Below the pieces are notes generated by a model. That model was not told where the DNA came from and searched no databases. It worked only from the letters and a program-made list of their open reading frames with translations. From Candidatus Bathyarchaeia archaeon (GTDB lineage Archaea; Thermoproteota; Bathyarchaeia; Bathyarchaeales; Bathyarchaeaceae): a DNA stretch of 64,000 nucleotides. Shown here piece after piece: positions 63,474 to 64,000 of this stretch. Made by a program: the position numbers and the translations under genes. The number at the start of each line of letters is the position of its first letter. Position 1 is the stretch's first letter. The DNA lies in contig DATETJ010000003.1 of NCBI GenBank assembly GCA_035283685.1, positions 842-64,841 on the forward strand. Direction: 5' to 3'.

Positions 63474-63758
63474 TTGAAAATCTGCGATAAATACGAGATA
63501 GACCCACAGGAAATCGATAATGAAATTTCATACTGGGAGAACAAAAGCCACCTAATGAGCATAGTCAGAGAGTTGCGGCTAAGCGGCGACGTGTTTGCGA
63601 TAGAAAATTGGGCAGAAAGATACAATCAATACCGAGAGCAGCATCCTATCGAGTATTATCTATCAAGCCAAACAGCTCTGCCCAAGCCCTCAGAAATTGC
63701 ACCAGTGACAGATGGAAAATTCTCGCTCAGGGAATTTATAGCTCGTCAAGCAGGCTGA
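63474..63758 (+). CDS. hypothetical protein
   Basis: 94-aa ORF with a TTG start. Confidence 0.4.
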   Translation: MKICDKYEIDPQEIDNEISYWENKSHLMSIVRELRLSGDVFAIENWAERYNQYREQHPIEYYLSSQTALPKPSEIAPVTDGKFSLREFIARQAG

Positions 63759-63763
63759 ACCCG

Positions 63764-64000
63764 ATGACAGAAGAAATACCAGAAACAATAGTCTTCATCA
63801 TCAAGCATTCCAGAAGAATGCTTTTGGAGGCTTTTTCAGAATGGCTGGAAACCAACAAGGAAGCCATAGGCGAGAAATCGTACGACAGCTTGAACAGCAC
63901 TCGCCGCGGGGGCGATTGGAGAGATTGCGACACGATAGGCGGAATCATGGGCACCGCAATGTGGCTGTTCAACATGGTAGCCAATCTGGGAGTGCTTGCT
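63764..64000 (+). CDS. hypothetical protein, 5' fragment (runs off the window)
   Basis: ATG at 63764, 5 nt after the previous stop. The frame is open to the window end (MTEEIPETIVFIIKHSRRMLLEAFSEWLETNKEAIGEK...). Preferred over the antisense track ORF 63736..63984. Confidence 0.4.
   Translation, partial: MTEEIPETIVFIIKHSRRMLLEAFSEWLETNKEAIGEKSYDSLNSTRRGGDWRDCDTIGGIMGTAMWLFNMVANLGVLA

Larger units (their letters stand above)
39400..64000. mobile_element. putative integrated plasmid/virus-like element carrying defence cargo; the left end is approximate and the right end lies beyond the window
   Basis: Tyrosine integrase (40253), pRN1-type primase-helicase (54492), AbrB-like and wHTH regulators, a Type I R-M locus, toxin-like cassettes, and many ORFs without a recognisable family. 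No housekeeping genes occur after 39.3 kb. Confidence 0.55.

Noticed and set aside
63736-63984. 82-aa minus-strand track ORF
   Set aside because: It is antisense to a plus-strand frame that starts 5 nt after the preceding co-oriented gene and stays open to the window end. The plus-strand reading fits the operon layout better.
1-64000. Search for a CRISPR array or cas genes
   Set aside because: No series of regularly spaced identical 24-40-nt repeats with unique spacers was found. The repeat families present are dispersed, inverted or 10-22-bp iterons, and no Cas-like ORFs occur.

Overview
Archaeal chromosome segment. Evidence for archaeal origin: three intron-containing tRNAs with bulge-helix-bulge geometry, archaeal/eukaryal-type PheRS alpha and beta, TyrRS, TrpRS, class I CCA-adding enzyme, PriS primase, type 2 MetAP, thiolase plus DUF35, and TATA-type promoters.

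Bases 1-39.3 kb are mostly housekeeping core. This part also holds two ABC-2 exporter operons, an MFS transporter, a 5S rRNA, and an unclassified structured RNA of about 280 nt next to tyrS. Two regions in the core are unusual. The first is a repeat-rich accessory patch at 3.4-6.5 kb, carrying an NHL protein, hicB and a start-less hicA, and a DUF2283 gene, interleaved with copies of a noncoding hairpin-bearing repeat. The second is a diverged inverted copy of that repeat at 16.4-16.9 kb. Together, about 0.5 kb of inverted repeat brackets a 9.9-kb block of housekeeping genes and three tRNAs.

Bases 39.4-64 kb look like an integrated plasmid- or virus-like element, or defence island, that runs off the window. 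Its contents:
- a tyrosine integrase with a coiled-coil tail
- a Type I R-M locus in the order R-RHH-S-M, with a palindromic operator beside a shared TATA box
- a Zn-ribbon / Panacea-like / PIN-like cassette
- an AlbA_2 (Schlafen-type) protein
- a translationally coupled operon around a pRN1-like primase-helicase
- a TIR-like (DUF1863/ThsB-type) gene paired with a small 3-TM protein
- two gene-free regions dense in iterons, palindromes and hairpins, at 59.5-61.1 kb and 62.0-62.75 kb

The best candidate for an undescribed system is the TIR-like plus membrane-protein pair at 58.5-59.5 kb. The other cargo cassettes are secondary candidates. No CRISPR array was seen. All family assignments rest on motif recognition by eye; no database search was run. 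Hand-derived coordinates (tRNAs, RNAs, repeats, alternative starts) may be off by 1-2 nt.
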